From: a virus
Taxonomy: Duplodnaviria > Heunggongvirae > Uroviricota > Caudoviricetes
IMG/VR virus record: IMGVR_UViG_3300031853_000017
Span: 2,397 to 66,396 of that record
Length of the DNA stretch: 64,000 bases
Strand: one strand, 5' to 3'
This document shows positions 54,262-64,000 of this stretch, piece after piece. The notes under the pieces are model-generated. The model did not search any database. It worked only from the letters and a program-made list of their open reading frames with translations, and had not been told where the DNA came from. How positions within the stretch are numbered: the stretch's first letter is position 1; every line of letters starts with the position of its first letter. A program made the translations under genes and the position numbers.

Positions 54262-56302
54262 TGATATTAAAAAACTGATTACAAGATTAAACAAATACCG
54301 CGATTTCTACTATAACAAAAACGAAAGTTTAATTACAGATATGGAATACGATAAACTTTATGACCAACTTGTGCAACTCGAAGAAGAAACTGGAATTATT
54401 CTGTCAAATTCTCCTACGCAAAATGCGGGATATACGGTTGTGAGCGGATTGAAAAAAGTTAAGCATAACCACCCATTGTTGTCTTTGGATAAAACCACAG
54501 ATGAAAAGGAATTTATAAAGTTTTTCGGTACAAAAGATTGTTTGCTTATGGCTAAACTCGATGGATTGACTTGCTCGTTATATTATAATAACGGAAAGTT
54601 AATCCGCGCTGAAACTCGTGGTGATGGCGAAACGGGAGAAGATATTACAAACAACGCAAGAGCTTTTTCCAATATCCCACTAACCATTGATTATCAAGGA
54701 GAATTGATTGTTGATGGAGAATGTATCATCACTCAGGAAGATTTCGCAAAAATCAATAATCCTATGATTCTCAAAGCAGTAGATGAGGCAAAAGCAAAAG
54801 GCTTATCTGGTGATAGTCTTGATGTATATGTACGCAAACATTCATTCGCTAATCCGCGCAATCTTGTGAGTGGTACTGTCCGGCAGCTCAATAGCCAGAT
54901 AGTCAAAGATAGGAATGTTAAATTTATTGCGTGGAAACTCTATCATATAGATAAAGACATTAATTCACAGATTTATAGGTTGGAAAAATTATCTCAATTA
55001 GGGTTTGATGTTGTACCTAAATATTACGCGCGGAATGAATCAAATCCATTAAGCAAATCTTTTAATGGAGGAATTGATTTCATTAAATTATACTGCGAAG
55101 TAGAGAATATTCCTATTGATGGATTAGTTGGAATGTTTGACGATGTTAAATATGGTGAATCGCTCGGAATGACAGGTCATCACCCACGACATTCTCTTGC
55201 TTTCAAATTTTATCAAGATGAAAATGAAACCATATTGAGAAATATTGAATGGAATACAAGTAGAACAGGATTAGTAAATCCGGTTGCAATTTTTGACCCC
55301 GTTGAAATTGATGGCACGATTGTTGCCCGTGCAACACTTAATAACGTGAGCATAATTAAGGAATTGGAACTTGGAATCGGAGATACAATTACAGTTATCA
55401 AATCTAATCAGATAATTCCTATGATTACTCAGAATTTGACGAGAAGCAATACATACCAGATTCCGAAGGTTTGTCCTTCTTGCGGAAAACCAACTGCTAT
55501 CAAAAATGATAACGGCAGAGAAATGCTTTATTGCCAAAATCCAGATTGTAAAGCTATTCTGCATGATAAAATTGCAAACTATGCAAGCAGAAATGCTATG
55601 AATATCGTCGGCATTTCCGATGAAAGATTAAAAGCGCTTATTAATAACGGATTTGTCCGCCGCTTCAAAGATTTGTATTATTTGGATTCGCATAGGTCGG
55701 AAATTGAGAAATTGCCGGGATTTGGCAAAACAATAGTGAATAATATCATCAAATCGGTAAACGAAAGCCGCAAGTGTAAACTATCCAATGTGATTGTTGC
55801 GATTGGTATTCCAAATATCGGTAAATCAACGGCAAGAACTATCGCGGAGTATTGCGAGAAAAACTATACAGATAGTGATGGCACCTTGCTTGATACATTT
55901 TTATCTTTGGTTGAATGGAGAGAAAATTGGAGCAAACTTCCGGCTATTGGTGAAACAACAAGTGATTTGATTGATAATTATGTCAATGCACATATGAGTG
56001 AAATAGCTTCTTTGATTAAAGAGTTAGATATTCAATTTGAATTTTCCAATAGTTCCAATTCTGCTGTTTTTGCCGGAAAAAGCTTTTGCATTACAGGTAA
56101 ATTAACGGTGTTTGAAAACCGCAATGCGCTTGTAAAAGATATTGAAAGCAAGGGCGGTAAAGTTGTTTCTTCCGTGACAGCCAAAACAGACTATTTGATA
56201 ACAAATGATAAAACGTCTGGAAGTTCAAAAAATAAAGCAGCCGCGAAGTATGGAACAAAGATAATTGATGAAGAAGATTACATCAAAAATAATTTACAGT
56301 AA
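54247..56302 (+). CDS. ligA: NAD+-dependent DNA ligase LigA
   Basis: KLDGLT (KxDG adenylation), Zn finger CPSCGK...C..C, HhH region, C-terminal BRCT; AAAGGAG SD. Confidence 0.8.
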
Positions 56303-56316
56303 ATATAAAAATCTTA

Positions 56317-56345
56317 TTGACAAAATATATTGTTTGTGTTATAAT
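56317..56345 (+). promoter_or_regulatory. sigma70-like promoter
   Basis: TTGACA-17-TATAAT. Confidence 0.55.
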
Positions 56346-56376
56346 CTAATTAGTAAGGAAAAGAGGTGAAATAATA

Positions 56377-56658
56377 ATGAGCAAATTTAGATACAAGGTT
56401 GAACTCAACACTATTGATGATGTAAAGAAATTCACGGACGCAGTTGCACAGGTCAAGGATTGTGACGTTAGACTGATTGGCAAAGACGAAAACGGCGCGA
56501 ATTGGGATATTTCCGCTAAGTCGCTGTTCTGTTCTCTGATGATGTCGCAGCGTTTGCAGACCGAGCGTCCTCATACCGCGCATGAAGTTGATTGGAATAC
56601 TACTTGGTGCGAATGCGAAAGAGAGATTTACAATCTTATCATGGATTTTGTAAGGTAA
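56377..56658 (+). CDS. hypothetical protein
   Basis: AAGAGGTG SD. Confidence 0.5.
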   Translation: MSKFRYKVELNTIDDVKKFTDAVAQVKDCDVRLIGKDENGANWDISAKSLFCSLMMSQRLQTERPHTAHEVDWNTTWCECEREIYNLIMDFVR

Positions 56659-56813
56659 GCAGTAAACATAAAAAACAACATAAGCAGATAAATCAAATAT
56701 TATTTTTATTGTACATTATATGTCTTAATTACCCATCTTTCTGATTTTCTTATGTAATAAATTATTCTTTCGTTAAATTTTAACTCCGAAACTTTGAGGG
56801 TTATTCGTGTTAA

Positions 56814-58694
56814 AACGACGATAAAAATAATAATTCAAAGCCACGCGGATATGAACTTACTAATTTTTGTGAATTTGATAAATTTGCCACAACAAGTTAT
56901 TGTGCGATTCATGGCGTAGATGAAAGTCTGAATCTCGGCGATATTACACAAGTTGATGAAACAAAAATAAAGCCATTCACAATGATTTGTGGCGGTTCTC
57001 CGTGTCAAGATTTTAGCGTTGCCGGAAATCAAGCTGGTAGTAAATGGAAATGCTCGGATTGTGGTTGCGAATACAATCCATTAACCGTGCATTATTCAGA
57101 ACGACATAAATGCCCACAGTGCGGAAGTGAAAATATTGATAAAACACGCAGTTCTTTATTGGTTGAATGGTTGCGCGTCATTCGCGCAAATAAGCCAAAG
57201 TGGGGGATTTATGAAAACGTTAAAAACATCGTCGGAAAAAGATTCAAGGAAACATTTCAAATGTTTATTGATGAATTGCACGAATACGGTTACAACACGT
57301 ATTATCAAGTTTTGAACGCCAAGGATTACGGAATCCCTCAAAATCGTGAGCGTGTTTATTTAATTATCATTCTTAAAGAATTGGATAATGGAAAGTTCAA
57401 ATTCCCAAAAGGTTTTGATAACGGCAAACGCCTCAAAGATATGCTTGAAGATGAAGTTGATGAAAAATACTACATTAACACGCCCAGAGCAAAAGAATTA
57501 ATTGATGATTTAATTCGCAGCGGCAAGTTAGATAAGGAATACTCTAACACCGTAAGGAGCGGGGGAGAGGAAGCATAGACAGGCACCAATGGGATGTTAT
57601 TCAGACATAACCTGTCTATTATCCAATCAGTGTGGTTATTTTGATAAAGAAACTGATGTTGCCAACACTTTATGTGCAAGAGATTACAAAGGATTTGGCA
57701 ATCAGCAAATGAATGGAGTTATAACAAAACTTGAATAAGCAGCGAATAATTAGATTGGCTCATAAGGGTTCGGGGGACAAAAAGGTTGGATTTATTCTAT
57801 ATTCGGAATCATATCCACGCTTCCAGCAAGCCAATATAAAGACCCTTCATTGATTGTGGTTTATGATGAAAGAAATTGCGACCACAATCACCGAACAGAC
57901 AGGCAATGTCGTTAAACTTGGCAATGTATATGGTGATTATTCAGGAATGAATTATGCCGGCAACGTGTGGGATGTAAACTATTTTTGTCCGACAATACGA
58001 ACGTGTCAAGGCGGCGGCAATCAGCCAATGATTATAGTGAGTGAAAGAAATGATAATATTAATCGGCGGTTTACAGAAAAATCAAGCCATTAAAACTGAT
58101 GGGATATGCACTACGCTTACATCATCAATGGGAATGGGCGGGGGTATATTCCGTTGGTTATAAAAATTGAGAAAGATGAAACAAATGCAAATCACGAGGT
58201 AATAGATGGACGTTAAGCATACGGAAATTCCCTGCTTTTATGATGACCGAGATAAGGGCTGGGGGGAGAAAACAACAGATTATTGTCCCACACAAAGAGC
58301 AAGTAGGAGTGGAATAAAAATGATAGATAATTCTTCTGTTGGTTATCGTATTAGAAAACTATCTCCGAAAGAGTGTTTTCGACTGATGGGATTTTCTGAT
58401 GACCAATTTGAAAGAGCGCAAAAAGCATTGAATGATAAATTTTACAATGGCAAAGACAGGGCAAATTCACAACTTTACAAACAGGCTGGAAACTCTATTG
58501 TTACAGATGTTTTATTTTACATATTTTATGAGCTTTATCAAGCAATGCCATATTTATTTGATGACCTAAAAGTTAGTAGTTATTTTTCTGGTATTGGGGC
58601 ATTTGAAGTCGCGCTCGACAGATTATTTGATACGATAAATGGCTCTAATCAAAGTAACACTGTTCCCGCAGCGTTCGGGGGAGAAATACAGTAG
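56814..58694 (+). pseudogene. fragmented multispecific-type DNA C5-cytosine methyltransferase (motif I absent; pieces in 3 frames)
   Basis: Motifs IV GGSPCQDFSVAG, VI ENV, VIII QNRERV (56814-57578); three TRD-like segments at 57607-57739, 57854-58093, 58092-58165; motif IX/X KQAGNSIV (58206-58694); frame switch at G5 57560-57564. Confidence 0.5.
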
Positions 58695-58815
58695 TATATG
58701 ATGACTACAATAGCAGAATAAGAGCCGACCAAAACACAATAGGCACTTTAACTACTATGGTTGGTAGTTCTTCACTGAGAAGTTCATATAAACTTATAGA
58801 AAACGAGGGTAATGA

Positions 58816-59292
58816 ATGTACTTAGAAGAAACTGGAAAGATTATTGTTGGCTATCAAGGAGTTGGCAAATCGGCGCTTGCTTTTCATCACATTCAAGTAA
58901 TTGATTTGGAAAGCAGCAATTTCTTTGTAGATGGCGTAAGACAAGGCGATTGGTATAAAGCATATTGCAATATTGCAAGAAGCTTGTGCCGGCAAGGTTA
59001 CATTGTTTGCGTTTCTTCTCATAAAGAAGTGCGTGAGGAATTGGCAAGAAAACCTGCCGAAAAGCAGGTGATTGTCTTTCCTTCGCTTTCTCTTAAAGAG
59101 AAATGGATTAATATGCTCAGCTATCGTTATGAACGGTGCGATACCAGCAAAAACTATAAAGCATGGAGAAATGCGGTAGATTGTTATGAATCAAACATAA
59201 CAGATTTAATGAAACAAGAGGGATTTGAACATATTGAAATTCCGGACATGAATTACAATTTGGCAAATCTCTTGAAGATAGACACGAGGTAA
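58816..59292 (+). CDS. P-loop NTPase/kinase (small, nucleotide-kinase-like)
   Basis: Walker A GYQGVGKS near N-terminus, 158 aa. Confidence 0.5.
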   Translation: MYLEETGKIIVGYQGVGKSALAFHHIQVIDLESSNFFVDGVRQGDWYKAYCNIARSLCRQGYIVCVSSHKEVREELARKPAEKQVIVFPSLSLKEKWINMLSYRYERCDTSKNYKAWRNAVDCYESNITDLMKQEGFEHIEIPDMNYNLANLLKIDTR

Positions 59293-59433
59293 AGAATGAA
59301 ATGTAAACACGCTATGAAATCAATTCTTGGCAAAAAATATGTAAAGTGTGCGCTCGACAGTTCTGCCCGCATAGCACCTTGCAAATGCCCAAAATATCAG
59401 CCGAGAATATGGGAACGAATCAAGAGGTTTTTC

Positions 59434-59951
59434 AAATGGTCATAAACCGCACTTGGGCAATGCCAAATAGTAAAACCTTTTCGATTAAGCCAATCGGCGA
59501 ATTGGTAAGCAAATATGCTTCGGGGGAGAAAGTTATAATCGACCCATTTTCAAATGATTGCAAAATTGGGACTATAACTAATGACTTGAATCCGAAATAT
59601 GATACGGATTACCATTTAGACGCTTTGGATTTTTTGAAAATGATGAAAAGCGAATCTGCCAATGTGGTTTTATACGACCCGCCGTACTCACCGCGCCAAG
59701 TTAAAGAATGTTATGAGGGCGTTGGTATAACTGTTACTGCCGAACACACAAAAGCCTCATGGAGAGCGAAACATTTAGATGAAATCGCTCGAATAGTAAA
59801 ACCAAACGGATTATGTTTGAGTTTTGGTTGGAATACAAATGGAGTTGGCAAAAAGCGTGGGTTTGAAATTATTGAAATTTTAATTGTTGCTCATGGCGGT
59901 AGCAAGAATGATACATTGTGTACCGTTGAAAGAAAAATACAAAGAAGTTAA
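59434..59951 (+). CDS. DNA N6-adenine/N4-cytosine methyltransferase (DPPY)
   Basis: KVIIDPFSN (motif I-like) and VLYDPPYSP (motif IV); AAGAGG SD. Confidence 0.55.
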
Positions 59952-59964
59952 AGGAGAAAGAGAA

Positions 59965-60250
59965 ATGAATACTTATAATCCTAATCCGATTGATACGTCA
60001 GATGTAGTTCTCACCCCACGAATTATTGGCGCTTACTGAAAAGTTGGCAGAGAATACGCATGATGTATGGGCAAAGGGAAGAATTGAACAAGGTTGGAAA
60101 TACGGCAAAATCAGAGATGATAACAATAAACTTCATCCTTGTTTAATTCCTTATTCTGAATTACCCGAATCAGAAAAAGAATACGATCGCAATACTGCGC
60201 TCGAAACAATCAAACTTATCCAAAAACTTGGATATTTTATCGGAAGTTAA
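59965..60250 (+). CDS. RyR-domain protein with +1 frameshift at CCCC (60014-60017)
   Basis: AAAGGAGAAAG SD + ATG 59965 (PIDTSDVVL) then frame 60026 (LAENTHDVWAKGRIEQGWKYG...PYSELPESEKEYDR) = RyR domain; removing one C joins them. Confidence 0.45.
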
Positions 60251-60267
60251 TAAGAGAGGTAAAAATA

Positions 60268-60879
60268 ATGAATTTTATGAATAGTATGAACGGAATGTTT
60301 GGAAAAGTACAGTCCGGAAAATGTAGACTTTCCATGACTGGCGGTATTGCCGTACAGACAACTGGCGGCTATAAGACATACAATGTCAAAACGGGCAGAC
60401 TGACGAATTGCAGTAACTTTGTTTTTGATGCTTGCGATGATTTCTTTTTTGTTATCCCGACAAACAAGGTTGAGATTGGTGACATTATTTTCGTCAATAA
60501 ACTTCCCAAATGCGTTATTGGTATCAATAAAAAGAGCATCAAGGTTATCAACTACGAAGATTCTACTGTTGAGGAAATCTTGCCAGAGCGTCATGTATTT
60601 ATGGGTAATACATATTTCTACGGAAAAATCGTTTCTGCATTTGGAACGGATTTGTTAAAGGGCAAGGGCGGTATGAAGAATATCATGTCCTACATGATGA
60701 TGTCCGAAATGATGAAAGGCAATTCTGGAAACGGCGGTGGATTAAGTTCTGTTTTTCCGCTCATGATGTTAAATGGCGGCATGACAAATATCTTTGATGG
60801 TATGTTTGATTTCGGTGATGATAATGACGACGAAACAGAAATAGATAATGATATAGACGATGATGAGGTGGATAAGTAA
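60268..60879 (+). CDS. hypothetical protein with Met-rich and acidic C-terminus
   Basis: GAGAGGTAAAAATAATG. Confidence 0.5.
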   Translation: MNFMNSMNGMFGKVQSGKCRLSMTGGIAVQTTGGYKTYNVKTGRLTNCSNFVFDACDDFFFVIPTNKVEIGDIIFVNKLPKCVIGINKKSIKVINYEDSTVEEILPERHVFMGNTYFYGKIVSAFGTDLLKGKGGMKNIMSYMMMSEMMKGNSGNGGGLSSVFPLMMLNGGMTNIFDGMFDFGDDNDDETEIDNDIDDDEVDK

Positions 60880-61751
60880 TGGGTAGCGGTGCTTGGACAG
60901 CTTCAAATTATGCTAATTATACAAAATCAATTGGACGTAAAGTGACAACAGATTCTTCCGGTTGTTTCTCGTTCATCGCAGATAATATGTCTGCACAGGA
61001 TATTTATAAGTCAAGAAATATTCAACAGGAACTAAATCCAAAAAATGTAATGCGCGAATGCTGTGATTCTGAGGAACATCCGAATACAATACCTGTTATT
61101 CTTGCTCTCGATGTAACTGGAAGCATGGGTGGTGCTGCTATCGAAGTAGCAAAGAAGCTTAATGAAGTAATGACAAAGCTTTACCAGAAGGTAAGCGACG
61201 TTGAGTTCTGTGTTATGGGGATTGGCGATTTGGCTTATGATGAAGCACCGGTTCAGATTTCTCAGTTTGAATCTGATGTAAGAATTGCCGAGCAACTTGA
61301 TAAGATTTATTTTGAGGGCGGCGGCGGAGGAAATGGCTTTGAGTCATATACAGCAGCATGGTATTGTGGTTTGCGCCATACATCTCTTGATTGTTGGAAG
61401 CGCGGTAAGAAAGGTATCATCATTACTATGGGCGATGAACCGTTAAACCCATATCTTTCAAAGAGCAAAATCCGCGCATATATTGGAGATCATCTCGAAG
61501 CAGATATTGAAACGAAAGATTTATATAAAGAAGTTTGTAAAAAATTCGACGTATATCATTTGGTTGTAAATGACAGAGAAACGTCCGCGAGATATTATGA
61601 GGAAAGGATTCAAAAGTCGTTCGGAAAATATTTTGATAACAAGCACTTATTTACTGTAACACTGGATGATATTGCAAATAAGATTGTAGATATTGTAGCC
61701 GGAAAACAGGAAACAGAAACTATTACAACAAATACAGAAATTACTTGGTGA
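60879..61751 (+). CDS. vWA domain protein
   Basis: MIDAS-like LALDVTGSMGG. Confidence 0.55.
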   Translation: MGSGAWTASNYANYTKSIGRKVTTDSSGCFSFIADNMSAQDIYKSRNIQQELNPKNVMRECCDSEEHPNTIPVILALDVTGSMGGAAIEVAKKLNEVMTKLYQKVSDVEFCVMGIGDLAYDEAPVQISQFESDVRIAEQLDKIYFEGGGGGNGFESYTAAWYCGLRHTSLDCWKRGKKGIIITMGDEPLNPYLSKSKIRAYIGDHLEADIETKDLYKEVCKKFDVYHLVVNDRETSARYYEERIQKSFGKYFDNKHLFTVTLDDIANKIVDIVAGKQETETITTNTEITW

Positions 61752-61755
61752 TAAC

Positions 61756-62946
61756 ATGAAAAAAGTTGAGGTCAAAGTAGTAATTGGAAGTAACTATGGT
61801 GACGAATGTAAAGGATTGGCAACACATTATTTCTCCGCAGAAGCCGCAAAAAATGAAAAGAGTTGTCTTAATGTTTTGTTCAACGGTGGTTGCCAAAGAG
61901 GTCATACCGTAGAAACAAAAGATACTCAATTAAGGCATATTTTCCATCATTTTGGAAGTGGTACATTCGATGGTGCTTATACCTACTTTGACCAAAACTT
62001 TATTGTAAATCCTATTTTCTTCTGCATAGAAAAAAGTAATCTTAACGACATGGGATATTCACCAATTTCCTATATTTCTCCTGAGTGTAAAGTATCAACG
62101 CCATATGACGCATTTTTGAATCAAATCATAGAAGCTAATAGGGGCGCTAAAAAACATGGCTCTTGTGGGTTGGGAATTTGGGAAACTCAAAAAAGATACA
62201 AAAACTCACACTTCAATTTCTCATATATAGAAATGGCAAAAATGAGAGAAAAAGATTTATACTTTTATTTGTGGAGTATTGCACATATTTATTTTCCTGC
62301 AAAATTATTGGAGTATGGAATCGAAGAAATCCCGCCTGAGTATATGACATTGATTGATAGCAAAGAACTAATCAATAGATATATTGCAGATTTCCAGATG
62401 ATGAAAAATAGTGTAATTGTTTCTACGTTTGAAGAAATAGCGCAATTATACGATGTCATTGTGTTTGAAGGAGCACAGGGTTTATCATTGGATGAAAACA
62501 ATATGGCAGAATATCCAAATGTAACCGCAAGTAGCACAAAATCAAAAATACCTATTGAACGTTCAAATTCCCTTGATGGTAACGTTGAAATATGTTATAT
62601 TACACGGTCTTATTTTACGCGGCACGGAGTTGGTAGACTGCCTGATGAATGTGATAAATCTAAAATAAACCCAAACATTGAAGATTTAACAAATGTTCAT
62701 AATGATTATCAAGATTATATTCGTTATGCTCCGTTTAATTGTGTGGATTTTTGTGAAAGAGTAATGATGGATTCAATATTGGCTAAATGTATATCGACCA
62801 ATCCAGTTAAAACTTCTATTTTTGTTTCTCATTTGAATTATACAGATGGTGAAATATTCGGGGATTGTACAATAGATGATTTGGCAAAGAAATTTGATAT
62901 AACATATCGTTCATCAAGTAAATACGCAGAGGATGTTATTAAATGA
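61756..62946 (+). CDS. adenylosuccinate synthetase (PurA) homolog with divergent GTP-binding motifs; candidate PurZ
   Basis: Colinear with PurA (GDECKGL vs GDEGKGK P-loop; NGGCQRGH; FEGAQGLSLD...YPNVTASST); guanine-specificity TKLD replaced by SHLN. Confidence 0.65.
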   Translation: MKKVEVKVVIGSNYGDECKGLATHYFSAEAAKNEKSCLNVLFNGGCQRGHTVETKDTQLRHIFHHFGSGTFDGAYTYFDQNFIVNPIFFCIEKSNLNDMGYSPISYISPECKVSTPYDAFLNQIIEANRGAKKHGSCGLGIWETQKRYKNSHFNFSYIEMAKMREKDLYFYLWSIAHIYFPAKLLEYGIEEIPPEYMTLIDSKELINRYIADFQMMKNSVIVSTFEEIAQLYDVIVFEGAQGLSLDENNMAEYPNVTASSTKSKIPIERSNSLDGNVEICYITRSYFTRHGVGRLPDECDKSKINPNIEDLTNVHNDYQDYIRYAPFNCVDFCERVMMDSILAKCISTNPVKTSIFVSHLNYTDGEIFGDCTIDDLAKKFDITYRSSSKYAEDVIK

Positions 62947-63101
62947 AAAACGAATACACTATGCCAACATTCCAGAAGGAAAAAGTAAAAATAACAAATA
63001 CAGTTCTTTCAAGTGATGTTGAATATTTTAGTAGTTATATTGCAGGTGGCGATGATTGGGGCGACCCGATTTTCGACCCTGACGACGAAATTAATTGGTG
63101 A
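62943..63101 (+). CDS. small acidic protein
   Basis: ATGA overlap. Confidence 0.35.
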   Translation: MKNEYTMPTFQKEKVKITNTVLSSDVEYFSSYIAGGDDWGDPIFDPDDEINW

Positions 63102-63106
63102 GTTAA

Positions 63107-63475
63107 ATGAGAACAATTAACCCAATATTTACAAGTTTTTCCGTTGTTTCAATGAAAGCAGTAATAAATTACTGCAAAACGTTTCCGCGCTTTAAGGCTT
63201 TGGTCGTTTGCAAGAATTTACAGGAAATGGCTATTTTCTTTACCGATGTTCCTACGAAAGAATTTTTTGGCGGCAAGGTTAGAATTGACCGGATTAACGG
63301 CAAAATAAATATATCATTTGACAATGGAAGCTGTATAGACTTCTTAATATCAAGTGGCAATTTGATTGGGCGCAGGGTCAATGCTGTGCTTTATTCTAAC
63401 AGCATAAACCAAGACACACTATATTCGGCGTATAGCCCAATGCAAGTTCCTTATTATTTGACGGAGAAACAATGA
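63107..63475 (+). CDS. hypothetical protein
   Basis: ORF. Confidence 0.45.
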   Translation: MRTINPIFTSFSVVSMKAVINYCKTFPRFKALVVCKNLQEMAIFFTDVPTKEFFGGKVRIDRINGKINISFDNGSCIDFLISSGNLIGRRVNAVLYSNSINQDTLYSAYSPMQVPYYLTEKQ

Positions 63476-64000
63476 AAAGGTGGCTATTAACACTTGAAGG
63501 ATTCCGTTATCAACCAAAGATTTATGCTGAAACTGCCGAAAAAGCTGCAAATTTTTTCATAAATGAGAAAGTTATTAAAGTTGAGCCATATACGGACACT
63601 TCTTTTATGGATTCAATATCCGAAATAAAACGTAAATCTGAGCTTATCGCAGTTCAGTATGTATCAGATAATCGTACACGTCAATGGTATAAAAGTGTTC
63701 TGTCGGATGGCACATTAAGAATAAGACTTTATAAAGACTTAAACGATAATACATTTTATGATATTGCAGAATATCAATTTATGCCAAACGGAAGGCTTAT
63801 TTATCCTTGCACGTTTACTTGCTCAAATCCAAAGGATGTTTGCAAATTGTTTTTGGCTTCTCAAATTTCTTGTGAAGTGGTTTCGTATAGATTTTATGGT
63901 CAACCGAAGTTAGCTAAACCATCAGAATTAAAAGGCATTAAACAGAGTTTTTCAGCGGATTATATTCCAAAGAAATGTTCTTGCCCTTGTTTTGTTGCCG
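63472..64000 (+). CDS. hypothetical protein, 3' partial
   Basis: ATGA overlap; open to window end. Confidence 0.45.
   Translation, partial: MKRWLLTLEGFRYQPKIYAETAEKAANFFINEKVIKVEPYTDTSFMDSISEIKRKSELIAVQYVSDNRTRQWYKSVLSDGTLRIRLYKDLNDNTFYDIAEYQFMPNGRLIYPCTFTCSNPKDVCKLFLASQISCEVVSYRFYGQPKLAKPSELKGIKQSFSADYIPKKCSCPCFVA

Noticed and set aside
60879-61751. Second vWA protein as part of a Ro60-like system
   Set aside because: It has only a MIDAS motif and no TROVE-sized N-terminal region. It is 23 kb away from the tRNA-like array.

Overview
This 64-kb window is AT-rich (about 36% GC) and almost entirely coded on the + strand. It looks like part of a large phage or prophage of a low-GC bacterium.

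**Evidence for that reading**
- Strong AGGAGG Shine-Dalgarno sites precede most ORFs.
- Many sigma70-like TTGACA-17-TATAAT promoters are present, including an identical 30-nt promoter used three times.
- Phage-type genes I can support: a tyrosine integrase, a DnaN-like sliding clamp, an NAD-dependent DNA ligase, a lysin-like cell-wall hydrolase, a terminase-nuclease-like protein, GIY-YIG and HNH homing endonucleases, and dozens of small hypothetical ORFs.

**Accessory blocks that stand out**
1. 27264-30892: four translationally coupled NAD genes (nicotinamidase-like, Prs-like, NAMPT-like, NadE). The Prs-like/NAMPT-like core has the architecture reported for the phage NAD+ reconstitution pathway NARP1.
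2. 32940-40844: an RNA island with about 15 tRNAs, a tmRNA, a Ro60/TROVE-vWA-like gene flanked by tRNA-like elements that carry a conserved 13-nt insertion motif (possible Y-RNA-like tRNA mimics), a Thg1-like tRNA-His guanylyltransferase, and two homing endonucleases.
3. 61756-62946: a PurA homolog with divergent GTP-binding motifs (candidate PurZ). Nearby are a fragmented multispecific C5-MTase, an N6/N4-MTase, a P-loop kinase, and a DUF262/ParB-like protein elsewhere in the window.
4. A set of phosphoesterases (2H, two calcineurin-like, DHH-DHHA1, PTP-like) and an orphan MazF/PemK-like toxin with a structured leader.

**Caveats**
- Several genes are broken by +1/-1 frameshifts at homopolymer tracts; these may be sequencing errors.
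- All coordinates come from reading the sequence by eye and may be off by 1-2 nt.
- tRNA identities rest on hand-folding and anticodon reading.
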